DNA of 32,000 nucleotides from Pseudoalteromonas translucida KMM 520 (GCF_001465295.1 NZ_CP011034.1:2130001-2162000); one strand, 5' to 3'. Numbered from the stretch's first letter, positions 1 to 8,885 are shown. Made by a program: numbers and translations. Notes: generated from the letters alone by a model not told the origin.

Positions 1-1522
1 AATCAAAGCTGCTTTTATGCTCGGCATTTATGCCCCATTTTACGCCAACACGTTCCAGCCAATATTGAATTTGCTCGTACTCGTGTGCCTCAAGGCCAAA
101 TTTTTCGGCTATTTGCGTCACTTGTAATAAATCGAGAATATCCGACACACCAAAGCGCGAAAACGGTAAATTAGCTAAACTAGCAAATGAGCTAAGCACG
201 GGTTTTTCTTGCTCTATGGCTAAATCGGCAAGTGCGTAAGGAATAAAGCGACTACCTTGTGCACCACCAAAAACGGCTTCAATGTACGGGCTGTAAGTGC
301 CTACATCGGGCATCATCACTATTATGTCTTTGGGGGTAAGCGCAGGGTTTTGATTAAATAAATTAAGTAAGTAGTCATGCAGACGCTCAACTTCTCGAAG
401 CGGTGTATGGCAATCGCTTAGCGTAATGCTGGTGTCGGTTGCACTTATAGGCAATTTACCTTCGTCGTTTATAAACCACTCTTTGTTATCGGTCAGTGAC
501 TCACCTTTAAACGCTAGCTGATAAATCTCGCTTTGTATTTGCCCAAGCAAGGTGTCGTCAAACACATCAATAAAGCCATCAACCCAACGGGCATCTAGCT
601 GTACTAGCTGCTCAAAGTAGTCGCGACCTAATTTCCCCCACGAGGATAACAGCGGATTACCAATAAAGTAGTACTCTTCATCAGGATTGGTTTGCTTTTT
701 TTGTTGTGCTTCCAGCAGCGGCATTTTGGCGTACTTTGCACTTATTTTAGCCGCTGTTTTTTCATCAATAATATCGCCCCAATAATGCTCACTGGGATTA
801 AAAAAGAATAAAAACACCTCGGTTTTTTCACTCAGCGCTGTAAATACTTCAAGCTGCGAGCTGGCAATGGCCGATATACCAAATAAGCTAATGCGTTGTG
901 GCAGTAAACTGTTGTCCATTGTTTCAAGCGCTGCCAGCAGTTGTCCTTGCATATTAGCGCGATGAAATTGGCTTTGCCCAAGCTCTTGGCTTAATTTTAC
1001 AATGCGCCGCCACAAATCAGGTTGCCACGGGGCTATGGTTACATCAACATCATCAAGTTCATCTGTACCACTATCCCATGTGGCTATCCAATGCGGGCGG
1101 TACATTAAATATTGGTCGTACACGTCGGCTATTTTTTCACACAAGGCAAAGGTTTTTTGGCCGTCAATATCGCCCTCTAAATAGGTTTTTAGCGGTAAAT
1201 ACAGTGGCTCATCAATACAGCTTGGTAAAATAGCAAACAGTTTCCATGCAAGGTTGGGTTTATTAAACGCCGACTCTTTAGGTACATTTGGTAAAAGTTG
1301 CTGATACAACTGCCAAATAAAGCTCGAAGGCAGCGGAAAATCCACCTGCGCCGCTACACCTAAGTTTTCGCTCAAACCAATTTTTAACCACTGCGACATA
1401 CCCGGTGACTGCACCAGTACCACTTCTTTGTCGAATGGGCTTGCTAATGGGTTGGTTTTTAATAACTGATGAAACTGCGCTTGCAGTGCTTCCATACGGT
1501 TTGATTGAATAATATTGAGCAT
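1..1522 (-). CDS. recC: Exodeoxyribonuclease V gamma subunit RecC, N-terminal ~507 codons (rest of gene lies left of the window)
   Basis: Absent from the ORF track because it runs off the edge. The reverse complement from ATG (1522..1520) reads MLNIIQSNRMEALQAQFHQLLKTNPLASPFDKEVVLVQSPGMSQWLKIGLSENLGVAAQVDFPLPSSFIWQLYQQ. This matches the conserved RecC N-terminus (E. coli ..DPFEPEMILVQSTGMAQWLQMTLS..IDFPLPASFIW). Spot-check of codons at 2..58 shows the same frame still open. Confidence 0.85.
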   Translation of the reverse strand, partial: MLNIIQSNRMEALQAQFHQLLKTNPLASPFDKEVVLVQSPGMSQWLKIGLSENLGVAAQVDFPLPSSFIWQLYQQLLPNVPKESAFNKPNLAWKLFAILPSCIDEPLYLPLKTYLEGDIDGQKTFALCEKIADVYDQYLMYRPHWIATWDSGTDELDDVDVTIAPWQPDLWRRIVKLSQELGQSQFHRANMQGQLLAALETMDNSLLPQRISLFGISAIASSQLEVFTALSEKTEVFLFFFNPSEHYWGDIIDEKTAAKISAKYAKMPLLEAQQKKQTNPDEEYYFIGNPLLSSWGKLGRDYFEQLVQLDARWVDGFIDVFDDTLLGQIQSEIYQLAFKGESLTDNKEWFINDEGKLPISATDTSITLSDCHTPLREVERLHDYLLNLFNQNPALTPKDIIVMMPDVGTYSPYIEAVFGGAQGSRFIPYALADLAIEQEKPVLSSFASLANLPFSRFGVSDILDLLQVTQIAEKFGLEAHEYEQIQYWLERVGVKWGINAEHKSSFD

Positions 1523-1632
1523 ACTTACCTATCCTTGCTTGAGATAAAACGAGTGTAAGATATTTTCAATTACAGGGGTAGCGATTAGCGCAAATTGGCT
1601 TTAATAAATCAGCGGGTTAGTTAAATTTTATA

Positions 1633-1661
1633 CGCACAGTAGTGATGCTATCTACTGTGCG
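1633..1661. terminator. 10-bp perfect hairpin between the phoD-like stop and the recC start
   Basis: cgcacagtag (1633..1642) pairs with ctactgtgcg (1652..1661), 9-nt loop. TTTT follows on the + strand and only a mixed A/T run on the - strand, so the orientation is atypical for the - strand genes. Confidence 0.35.
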
Positions 1662-1678
1662 TTTTATAAGGGCAATTA

Positions 1679-2722
1679 TTAATAAGGGCTAATGCTTGAG
1701 AGTTTAAACTGACTTTGCATTATTGCTTTACCATCAATATCTTTGAGCTGTAATGAAATTGACGGGTCGGCTTGCTGCCAGTCTATGCTTAAATCGCCGT
1801 AATTAACTTGGTGGGTAAAATCCCCTACTCGGTGTATGTTAGGGCTTACGTCTTTCCATTTTTCGGTTAGGCCAGAGCTGGTCATTTCTATTAGTGGGTA
1901 GTCAAGGTTGTGCTTATACTGTGAAATTTCGCCCCAGTGGGTATCGCCGCTAATAATAACTACGCCATTTACTTTATGCTTTTTGATCAGCGCAAATAAA
2001 CGCTTTCTATCCTCGGGAAAGTTAGCCCACGACTCCCATCCAGTAAAATCGGGAAGTAGCTGTAAGCTTGAGGCAATAAGCTTTATAGCCGCGGGCTTTT
2101 TAAGCTCTTGTTCAAGCCATTGCCACTGCGCCTCACCAAGCATTGACGCGTCTTTAACATTACTTGAGCTATACGGACCTTGATTATTTAGTTTACGCTT
2201 AGTGGCGTACTCCAACTTACTTACTGTGTTTAGCGCATCTCGGTTCCAGCGCAAATCTGGCATAATCACCTGCACAATTTGCTCACCTTCACCATACATA
2301 TACGAGGTATAAATACCATCGGGGCGAGTGCGTCGTGGTGAGTTTGCAGGTTCTTGCCAAAAATCGAGCATAATTTGCCGCGACTCTTCTTTATGCGGAT
2401 ACTTTTTACCGGCATCGTTTTGGCCATAATCGTGGTCATCCCACATAGCTATAATAGGCGTTTGCGCTTTTAGTATTTTAAAACCGGGCTTTGCCCCTAA
2501 GCGCTGATATTTATCGGCAAGTACGCTCATATTATTGGTATCGCCATAAATATTGTCACCTAAAAATATAAATAAATCGCTCTGCTCTTTGTTTATGGCA
2601 TCGAATATAGGGATGTTTTTATCTTGATGCCCGCACGAGCCAAATAATATTTTAGAGGGAGCACTCAAAGCACTAAAGCTAACAAGCAAGTTGGTTAATA
2701 CTACCGCGGTTATTATTTTCAT
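1679..2722 (-). CDS. PhoD-like (alkaline phosphatase D family) metallophosphatase, secreted
   Basis: 347-aa ORF with an N-terminal signal peptide (..FSALSA/PS). Metallophosphatase motifs GDNIYGD and WDDHDYGQND, later GDTHWGE. Start overlaps the upstream stop as ATGA (2719..2722). Confidence 0.85.
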   Translation of the reverse strand: MKIITAVVLTNLLVSFSALSAPSKILFGSCGHQDKNIPIFDAINKEQSDLFIFLGDNIYGDTNNMSVLADKYQRLGAKPGFKILKAQTPIIAMWDDHDYGQNDAGKKYPHKEESRQIMLDFWQEPANSPRRTRPDGIYTSYMYGEGEQIVQVIMPDLRWNRDALNTVSKLEYATKRKLNNQGPYSSSNVKDASMLGEAQWQWLEQELKKPAAIKLIASSLQLLPDFTGWESWANFPEDRKRLFALIKKHKVNGVVIISGDTHWGEISQYKHNLDYPLIEMTSSGLTEKWKDVSPNIHRVGDFTHQVNYGDLSIDWQQADPSISLQLKDIDGKAIMQSQFKLSSISPY

Positions 2723-3858
2723 TTTAAAATCTCATTAATAGCCGGTGCCATATTGGCATTTATTTGCTTTGGGTTTTGCCCAAGCGCCTTTAACACTGTT
2801 GCGGCAATTTGCGTTTGTTTAAGCTCAGTAGTTGTTTTAACTAAGCCTTGGCCTTTTATGGCAGGGCCAATAGCGGCAAGCCAAATATGTTCGGAGCCTA
2901 TAATTCCTTCGGGAAACTTATTTTCGCCTAAATGCAGTGCTGCTAAGGCGCGTTTTGAACTGTGATGTTGCCAGTCGCTTGCGTTACTACCACGGCCATG
3001 ATCTGTGGTAATAATGAGGGTGGTGTTATTTTTATACCCCGGTGTTGTTTGAATGGTATTCCATAAATCAGCTATAAATGCATCACTTTGTTTTGCCGAC
3101 TTTAAATACGCGTGGTAGTCACCATCGTGGGCAAAGTCATCGGTCTCCCCTAAACTTATTACTAATAATTTTGGCTTCTTAGCTAACATATACGCCTTAG
3201 CAAACCGATAAGTAAAACTGTCTAATCGTACATTGCTCCAAGGGCTCGGAATTTCATTTTGCATGGCATTTAAAAGTGGCGCATTTTCAAATAAATCCTC
3301 CTCAATTGGCATAAATCCGGCGTTAACATATACCTTACTGCGCTCTGTATTAAGTATTGCAGGAAATACATCCCAACTACCAAATAAGGCGGTATTATTT
3401 TTAAATGCGGGTTGGCGCTCCAAACGCTCTAATATAGTGTGATTTGGGTTAGGAATTTTATTGTTACTATTAATACCTTCATCCACCTCACCGCTAAGTA
3501 TTTCGTTATAACCGGGATACGAAAAATACCACGGGTTACTTACCGACATATTAGAGCCCTGCTCTCTATTACCCATTATTACCCCTTGCTTAGCCACAAT
3601 CTGGGTAATAAACGGCATCAGCAGTTGTTGGCGTTTTGCAGGGCTGTTATGCCAAAACTCTGTATTTAGCTGCTCTGGTTTCTTAACAAAATCGGAATTA
3701 TTAATAAGATTTTTATCTGCACCACTAAACACCTCTTGCCAGCGCACACCGTCAAGCGTTACCAACACGACATTTTGTGTCGTTTTTTGTACTGCCGCTG
3801 CAAAGTCGCTTGCTAGGGCAATTAAACTAAATGCACTTACTTTTAAAATCGTTTTCAT
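2719..3858 (-). CDS. Alkaline-phosphatase-superfamily phosphoesterase (NPP/type I phosphodiesterase-like), secreted
   Basis: 379-aa ORF with a signal peptide. VLVTLDGVRWQEVF metal-site/nucleophile region, GETDDFAHDGDY and ITTDHGRG motifs typical of the AP superfamily. Translationally coupled to the phoD-like gene. Confidence 0.8.
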   Translation of the reverse strand: MKTILKVSAFSLIALASDFAAAVQKTTQNVVLVTLDGVRWQEVFSGADKNLINNSDFVKKPEQLNTEFWHNSPAKRQQLLMPFITQIVAKQGVIMGNREQGSNMSVSNPWYFSYPGYNEILSGEVDEGINSNNKIPNPNHTILERLERQPAFKNNTALFGSWDVFPAILNTERSKVYVNAGFMPIEEDLFENAPLLNAMQNEIPSPWSNVRLDSFTYRFAKAYMLAKKPKLLVISLGETDDFAHDGDYHAYLKSAKQSDAFIADLWNTIQTTPGYKNNTTLIITTDHGRGSNASDWQHHSSKRALAALHLGENKFPEGIIGSEHIWLAAIGPAIKGQGLVKTTTELKQTQIAATVLKALGQNPKQINANMAPAINEILK

Positions 3859-3883
3859 ATTGTTATCGGCCTATTTTTATAAC

Positions 3884-3910
3884 AAAAAGCCCATTAATAA
3901 TGGGCTTAAA
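3884..3910 (-). terminator. Rho-independent terminator or attenuator after the TonB-dependent receptor
   Basis: Minus strand reads aagcccattattaatgggcttttt. Stem agcccatt / aatgggct (3888..3906) is followed by a T-run (A-run 3884..3888 on +). It lies only ~30 nt upstream of the next start codon. Confidence 0.6.
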
Positions 3911-3927
3911 ATAATTTACATTACGAC

Positions 3928-6297
3928 TTAAAAATCTGCAGTAAAGGTAACCGCAGCAGTACGAGGCGCACCAATAAAGTAAGTAGCCCCATTACCTGTG
4001 CCACCTGCGAGGTAGCTTTTATCAGTTATGTTATAAACCACGAACGAGAGATCAATGGCTTTAAATGGCCCTGCATCTACATCGGTAGAGTAACCGGCAT
4101 TAAAGTCGAGTACCGTGTAGCCATCTACTTTATTGCGTGCTCGCGTGTCTTCGTCTTGCCATGCACCTAAACGCTCACCTGTGTATTTAGCCGACAAACC
4201 AACACGAAAGCCGTCACTAAAGTAATCGGTAGATACAACAAATAAATCTTCCGATGTATCTATTAAACTATCGCCTTTTTTAAAGCTCGGCGCTGCAGTG
4301 TTGCCATCGTTATCTTGTAGTAATACACCTTGTGAGTCATATGCATTTGGATCATCAGACGAATATTCAGAGCTGCTATTGGTATACGACGAATAAACAC
4401 TCCAACTTGGTGTGAGCATATAACTTGCAGAAAGCTCTAGCCCCTTAGAATCGATGCCCCCTACATTTATGTATGACCCATTAGTGCCAATAGTGTAGTC
4501 AATTCCGCCTGAATCACTGCCAGGTGCAATAAAGGTAATGCGGTTATCAAACTTAACGCTGTAGGCCGTTGCGCTTAGCGTTAATTTATCGGCTTGGTAG
4601 CGTACCCCAAAATCAATGTTTTTTGCTGTTTCTGGTTCTATTTCAGTCAGTGTTGAACTGTCGCGCTCTAGCACTCCGTCTTTAATTGCAGCAAAGTTTT
4701 CGCTGTAACTTGCAAATAATTCGGTATCGTTATTTAACTGATACAGCGCGCCACCACTAAATAACACATCAGAGTCGCTGTCTACTTTATCAGAGCTTTC
4801 GTTAGCAAAGTGGTCGTACTTTTGTAACTCAACTAAATACTGTTTAGCGCCAATATTTAAGGTTAAATCGCCTAAGTTAATAGAGTCTTGGATGTACCAT
4901 TTGAACGTATCTGTATCAAAGGTATTTTTGTACTGAGTCCAGTAAGGGGTGTTTTCAAAATGATGAAAAATACGTGCATCAATTACTTTGTGCCAATCAC
5001 GCGACTCTTCTCGCTCGCTTTGCTCATACCAAAAACCAGCCTCAATATCGTGATCACCAAACGTTGCTTGGTAGTTAGCGGTTACGCCTAAACGATCTTT
5101 TTTGTAATGAGTATGACGATAAGACATAACGGGCGTTGCTGTATCGTCGTAACACGCCGGATTTAAACCAGGCCCCGACTCCCACGGCCAATTTAAGCTT
5201 GCTGTACAACCTGGGTTAGGTGCAAGCGGGTTACCCTCGCTATCAGCAAAGCCATACGAGCCAGCATTAGTACCGCCTTGTGTTGTTGGCTCGCCGTTTT
5301 CATCTACTGGGGTTGTTAAATAAGGTGGGATCCAGTCACCACGCCCCGAGTTTTTATGATAATAAGGGCTAATCGTTAATAGTGATGTGGGCGAAATTGC
5401 ATATTCAAATTTTAAATAACCTAAGGTGTTTTCACGCAGCGTGCCCCAACCTTCGGCAAACATTTGATCAAAGTGCGGAACCCCTGTCCAGTTCCACGTT
5501 AATTGATCCCAATTGGGTGTTTGCTCAAATTGCTCAATACTCACGCTGTTGTAGTTAGTTTCGCTAACATCGTCGTAAGATAAGCGTCCGGTTAGGGTTA
5601 AATCGTTAAAATTAGATACAAACTTAAGCTCAGCATGTTGGTTGTCTTTACCGCCATTACTTCCCGAGCCAATCCAACGGCTAGTGTCGGTTTGCGAGTA
5701 GCTTACGTATGCTTGGGTATTATCAAAAACAGTGCCTGTTTCGTGCTTAATATAATAACGCGAGGCGTCGTGGCTGCCCGATGTATAGGCAAACGTAGTG
5801 CCTTTTTCGAGGCTGGGATCTTTACTTACAAAATTAAATGTACCGCCTAGCGCTTCCAGCGATGCCGATTTAATATCAGACGTACCTTGGCCTACTTCAA
5901 CTGTAGCCAGGTTTTCGCTGTCCAGAAAACGGTTAGCTTTAGCACCGCCACCGTAATTAGAGCCACCATTGGGTATGCCATCTACTGTCATCCCTAATTG
6001 CTGTTGGTTACCGTCAATACTAAAACCACGCATTGTAATTGTGGTAGACCAATCGTCACCACCAAATGCATCACCTTCGTTTATGCTAATACCCGGTAAA
6101 TTATCAATCACCGACAATATACTTGCTACCGAACTTTGTTGCTCAAGCATTGCAGGCTCAATAACGTTGTTAGCATAGCTGGTAGGCTTAGCGACTACGG
6201 TTATTTCCTCTATAGTCTTGTCGTTTGCATAAACAGATGTTGATACAGCCATGGCTATAGCCATGCTCAAAAGCGATTTGTTTTTTAAAGCGTACAT
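3928..6297 (-). CDS. TonB-dependent outer-membrane receptor
   Basis: 789-aa ORF with a signal peptide ending SVYA/ND and a TonB-box-like IEEITVV. Plug-domain motifs, a long Gly/Ser/Tyr/Asn-rich beta-barrel, C-terminal aromatic residue (..FTADF). Confidence 0.9.
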   Translation of the reverse strand: MYALKNKSLLSMAIAMAVSTSVYANDKTIEEITVVAKPTSYANNVIEPAMLEQQSSVASILSVIDNLPGISINEGDAFGGDDWSTTITMRGFSIDGNQQQLGMTVDGIPNGGSNYGGGAKANRFLDSENLATVEVGQGTSDIKSASLEALGGTFNFVSKDPSLEKGTTFAYTSGSHDASRYYIKHETGTVFDNTQAYVSYSQTDTSRWIGSGSNGGKDNQHAELKFVSNFNDLTLTGRLSYDDVSETNYNSVSIEQFEQTPNWDQLTWNWTGVPHFDQMFAEGWGTLRENTLGYLKFEYAISPTSLLTISPYYHKNSGRGDWIPPYLTTPVDENGEPTTQGGTNAGSYGFADSEGNPLAPNPGCTASLNWPWESGPGLNPACYDDTATPVMSYRHTHYKKDRLGVTANYQATFGDHDIEAGFWYEQSEREESRDWHKVIDARIFHHFENTPYWTQYKNTFDTDTFKWYIQDSINLGDLTLNIGAKQYLVELQKYDHFANESSDKVDSDSDVLFSGGALYQLNNDTELFASYSENFAAIKDGVLERDSSTLTEIEPETAKNIDFGVRYQADKLTLSATAYSVKFDNRITFIAPGSDSGGIDYTIGTNGSYINVGGIDSKGLELSASYMLTPSWSVYSSYTNSSSEYSSDDPNAYDSQGVLLQDNDGNTAAPSFKKGDSLIDTSEDLFVVSTDYFSDGFRVGLSAKYTGERLGAWQDEDTRARNKVDGYTVLDFNAGYSTDVDAGPFKAIDLSFVVYNITDKSYLAGGTGNGATYFIGAPRTAAVTFTADF

Positions 6298-6302
6298 TGT
6301 TG

Positions 6303-6349
6303 TCCCGTTTAGTTTTAATTATTAAAAATTAATTATTATGAAAACGGGA
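6303..6349 (-). promoter_or_regulatory. 5'-UTR hairpin that includes the receptor's putative SD
   Basis: tcccgttt (6303..6310) pairs with aaacggga (6342..6349), closing a 31-nt loop made only of A/T. On the mRNA the 3' arm aaacGGGA carries the only SD-like purines, 5 nt upstream of the AUG. Confidence 0.35.
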
Positions 6350-6351
6350 GC

Positions 6352-6400
6352 AGTATAAGTTTTAAACATGACAACTAAGATGAACTTAATTGACATAATG
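6352..6400 (-). promoter_or_regulatory. Pho-box-like repeats plus -10 element upstream of the TonB-dependent receptor
   Basis: Minus strand reads cattaTGTCAAttaaGTTCATcttagtTGTCATGtttaaaactTATACT. Two TGTCA half-sites lie 22 bp apart with a degenerate repeat between them (E. coli consensus CTGTCAT-N4-CTGTCAY). The last repeat ends 10 nt before the -10 TATACT (6357..6352), the usual PhoB promoter geometry. Confidence 0.4.
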
Positions 6401-6437
6401 GTTAAACAAATATGGAAGATTTATAGCAGGAATATGT

Positions 6438-6478
6438 ACAAAAAAAGACAACCCAAAAGCAAGCTTATGGGTTGTCTT
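6438..6478 (-). terminator. Rho-independent terminator ending the OYE transcript
   Basis: aagacaaccc (6445..6454) pairs with gggttgtctt (6469..6478). On the - strand the hairpin is followed by ttttttt (A-run 6440..6446 on +). Confidence 0.6.
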
Positions 6479-6505
6479 AAAAATCGTTTTAAATAATTAT
6501 AAAAC

Positions 6506-6828
6506 TAGGGTCTGTTGACCTTTGCGGATTAAAATTTGTTCAAACTAGGGGCGATTTAATCACGGCGCGAAGGTTTGTAACCTAGTGGGCTTGGGCTAAG
6601 TAAAAACCGAGCAAAGCTTCCGCGTCCTGCTCACGCCCATTACCTACATCCATGTAGGCAACAAAGAGTCAATCGCCCCTAGGCAGAACCCTTCGGGCAG
6701 CGCATGTTTGGCATTGATGCTACGTTATCGCCTATTTATGGGGGAATAACCACATCACATAGGCTCTGCCTTGCCTAAATACCAAACACGCTGCTGCAAA
6801 TTTAACCTTGAAAGATCAACAGACCCTA
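6506..6828. mobile_element. MITE-like nested inverted-repeat element, or a large structured RNA (candidate)
   Basis: Outer 13-bp inverted repeat tagggtctgttga (6506..6518) / tcaacagacccta (6816..6828), i.e. core GGGTCTGTTGA flanked by TA on both sides. Inner 12-bp inverted repeat ctaggggcgatt (6545..6556) / aatcgcccctag (6671..6682). Internal hairpin cctacat-cc-atgtagg (~6642..6657). Visibly more G+C-rich than the AT-rich spacer. No ORF of 60 aa or more. Confidence 0.35.
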
Positions 6829-6832
6829 AGAG

Positions 6833-7876
6833 TTACACCAGCTCGCTAAGCATATCGGCATTGTATTCTACCAGCGGCTGGTTATTACTAATTTTGCTTA
6901 TGTAATCTGGGTTTGCAATAAGTGGGCGACCAATGGCAATTAAGTCAAACTTAGCGTCGTTAATCGCCTCTTTTGCAGTTTCAAAACTATAACTACCCAC
7001 ACCTACTAACGTACCTTTGTAGCCCGCGCGTAAAAATTCAGAGGTATTTTTGCCTTCAAGCGAGTCAAAACGCATGCTGTCGTCAAAAATTCCACCATGT
7101 AAATAGGCTAAGTCTCGCTTTTCAAGCTCAGCTAACAAATAATCAAATACGGCTTTATCACGGCTATCCTCGGTCATATTAAAATAAGCACCCGGCGTTA
7201 CACGAATAGCGGTACGTTCGCTTCCAACGGCAGCAATAACAGCATCGGTTACTTCAAGCGCAAAACGCGCCATGTTCTCAGGTGTTTGGCCGTATTCATC
7301 ATTGCGCTCATTTGCTGCATAATGTAAAAATTGGTCAATTAAATAACCGTTAGCACCGTGAATTTCTATGCCATCGAAACCTGCTTCTATTGCGTTTTCG
7401 GCTGCTTTTGCGTAATCGGCTACTAAGCTTTTAATATCATCTGTGGTTGCCGCTTTTGGCGTAATGTAAGTAAGCTCACGCATGCGCGGAACAGTCCCTT
7501 CTACACCAATTGCTGATGGCGCAAGTACATCGCCATCAAAAAAGTGTGGGTGAGCAACACGGCCAACATGCCAAAGCTGGGCAAATATTTTGCCGCCATT
7601 GGTATGTACTGCGTCGGTTACTTTTTTCCAGCCCTGAATTTGCTCACTGGTAAATAAACCCGGCGTATTAGGATAACCTTGCCCGTCTGGGCGAATAATT
7701 GTCGCTTCGCTAATAATTAACCCTGTATCTGCACGGCGCGCGTAGTAGTCAACCATAGCTTGGGTTGGCACTAGGTTATCATCAGCCATACTGCGCGTTA
7801 ATGGCGCCATTAATATACGGTTTTTAAGTTCAATAGTGCTGTTTAATTTATACGGGACAAGTAAATCAATCGACAT
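6833..7876 (-). CDS. NADH:flavin oxidoreductase, Old Yellow Enzyme family (NemA-like alkene/N-ethylmaleimide reductase)
   Basis: 347-aa ORF. OYE signatures: MAPLTR, QLWHVGR, GFDGIEIHGANGYLIDQFL, IAIGRPLIANPD. AAGGA SD upstream of the ATG. Confidence 0.9.
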   Translation of the reverse strand: MSIDLLVPYKLNSTIELKNRILMAPLTRSMADDNLVPTQAMVDYYARRADTGLIISEATIIRPDGQGYPNTPGLFTSEQIQGWKKVTDAVHTNGGKIFAQLWHVGRVAHPHFFDGDVLAPSAIGVEGTVPRMRELTYITPKAATTDDIKSLVADYAKAAENAIEAGFDGIEIHGANGYLIDQFLHYAANERNDEYGQTPENMARFALEVTDAVIAAVGSERTAIRVTPGAYFNMTEDSRDKAVFDYLLAELEKRDLAYLHGGIFDDSMRFDSLEGKNTSEFLRAGYKGTLVGVGSYSFETAKEAINDAKFDLIAIGRPLIANPDYISKISNNQPLVEYNADMLSELV

Positions 7877-8134
7877 TGTGGATCCTTTGTGTGGGAATAG
7901 CTAAGCACTAAATGCTCAACCTAAATAGCAAGTATGGTGTGTAAATGCGGCCATTTGATAAACATTCAAGGGTATTTTTGAATGGTCGCTCAAATTAATA
8001 ATAAAACTTATACTTACAGAGCCGTAAATTAGATCTATATGCGGTAAATTAAATAATAACTTTTCACCACACTGTCATATAACTCGATATACTTACACTT
8101 AATACCCAAGCCAAAAACTTAGAGTAAGCAAATT

Positions 8135-8524
8135 ATGACTACAGCAAATAACACAGAACAACACGACGTAATTTTAGGCCTTGGTGCCAAAAAACGACTC
8201 GCTTTTATGTTCGAAACCACGCAGCAATTTAAACAAGTATGGATTTTAAACGATGACGATGGCTGCGTTATGCTCACCAACGAAGATGACGACTGCGTAC
8301 CCGTATGGCCAACTCGCGAGTTTGCACAAGCATGGGCCACTGGTGAATGGGAAGGTTGCACCCCAAAAGCCATTCCTACACAAGACTGGTTAAGCCGCTG
8401 GACACCAGGATTAGAGGAAGACGACTTACTCATTGCCGTTTTTCCAACCGAAGATGACGATGGTACAATACTGTTTCCGGATGAGTTTGATACACAACTA
8501 AAAATGCCAAAGAAAAAATATTAA
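8135..8524 (+). CDS. Small acidic protein, DUF2750-like
   Basis: 129-aa ORF followed by a strong terminator. The pattern ..VWILNDDDGCVML..VPVWPTREFAQAW.. resembles the DUF2750 family as I recall it. The family call is uncertain. Confidence 0.7.
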   Translation: MTTANNTEQHDVILGLGAKKRLAFMFETTQQFKQVWILNDDDGCVMLTNEDDDCVPVWPTREFAQAWATGEWEGCTPKAIPTQDWLSRWTPGLEEDDLLIAVFPTEDDDGTILFPDEFDTQLKMPKKKY

Positions 8525-8540
8525 GCGCCTTTCCCTCTAA

Positions 8541-8580
8541 ACAGTAAAGCCATACTCACAATAATGGCTTTACTGTTTTA
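8541..8580 (+). terminator. Rho-independent terminator of the DUF2750-like gene
   Basis: 13-bp stem acagtaaagccat (8541..8553) / atggctttactgt (8564..8576) followed by ttt. Confidence 0.65.
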
Positions 8581-8885
8581 CATAGGCTCTTTGTAATTAC
8601 AGCCTTTATTTAATTCTATTTTAATATCAATAAGCTATAAATTTCGCCCAATTAAATCGCCGCTAAATAGCATAATATTGTAACTATTGATGGCTAACAC
8701 GCCCTATAAATTAAAATAAAATATACATTTTAAATAATTATTAACTATATTATTAAATACAATTAATTATAGTTTTTTTAATAGCTAACTTTTAGCTAAA
8801 TAACGTCGGCAAAACGATTTAAAGCAATAGGAAAATGGTTTTTCAGGCGTATAATCCACACACTTTTATACCCTAGGGTCAAATT

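Noticed and set aside
1002-1184. 60-aa + strand ORF
   Set aside because: It lies entirely inside recC on the opposite strand and has an odd composition. The same applies to the other short opposite-strand ORFs inside phoD-like, the AP-family gene, the TonB receptor, OYE, the histidine kinase, nadA, pal, ruvA, ruvC, ybbP and the cyanophycinase-like gene.
6506-6828. Riboswitch (e.g. cobalamin) controlling the downstream TonB-dependent receptor
   Set aside because: The element lies upstream of a terminator (6438..6478) and of the receptor's own predicted promoter. I could find no B12-box-like core in either orientation.
8021-8054. Direct repeat GCCGTAAATTA / GCGGTAAATTA in the OYE / DUF2750 divergent promoter region as a regulator-binding site
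   Set aside because: It is short, has one mismatch, lies in AT-rich DNA and has no adjacent regulator gene. I cannot support it without comparative data.
8071-8091. CTGTCATATAACTCGATATAC upstream of the DUF2750-like gene as a second Pho box
   Set aside because: Only the first 7-mer matches the consensus. The second repeat (CTCGATA) is poor, so one good half-site is within chance expectation in AT-rich DNA.
8119-8433. 104-aa minus-strand ORF overlapping the DUF2750-like gene
   Set aside because: It is Ser/Cys-rich and antisense to a better-supported gene that has an SD and a terminator. It has no expression signals of its own.
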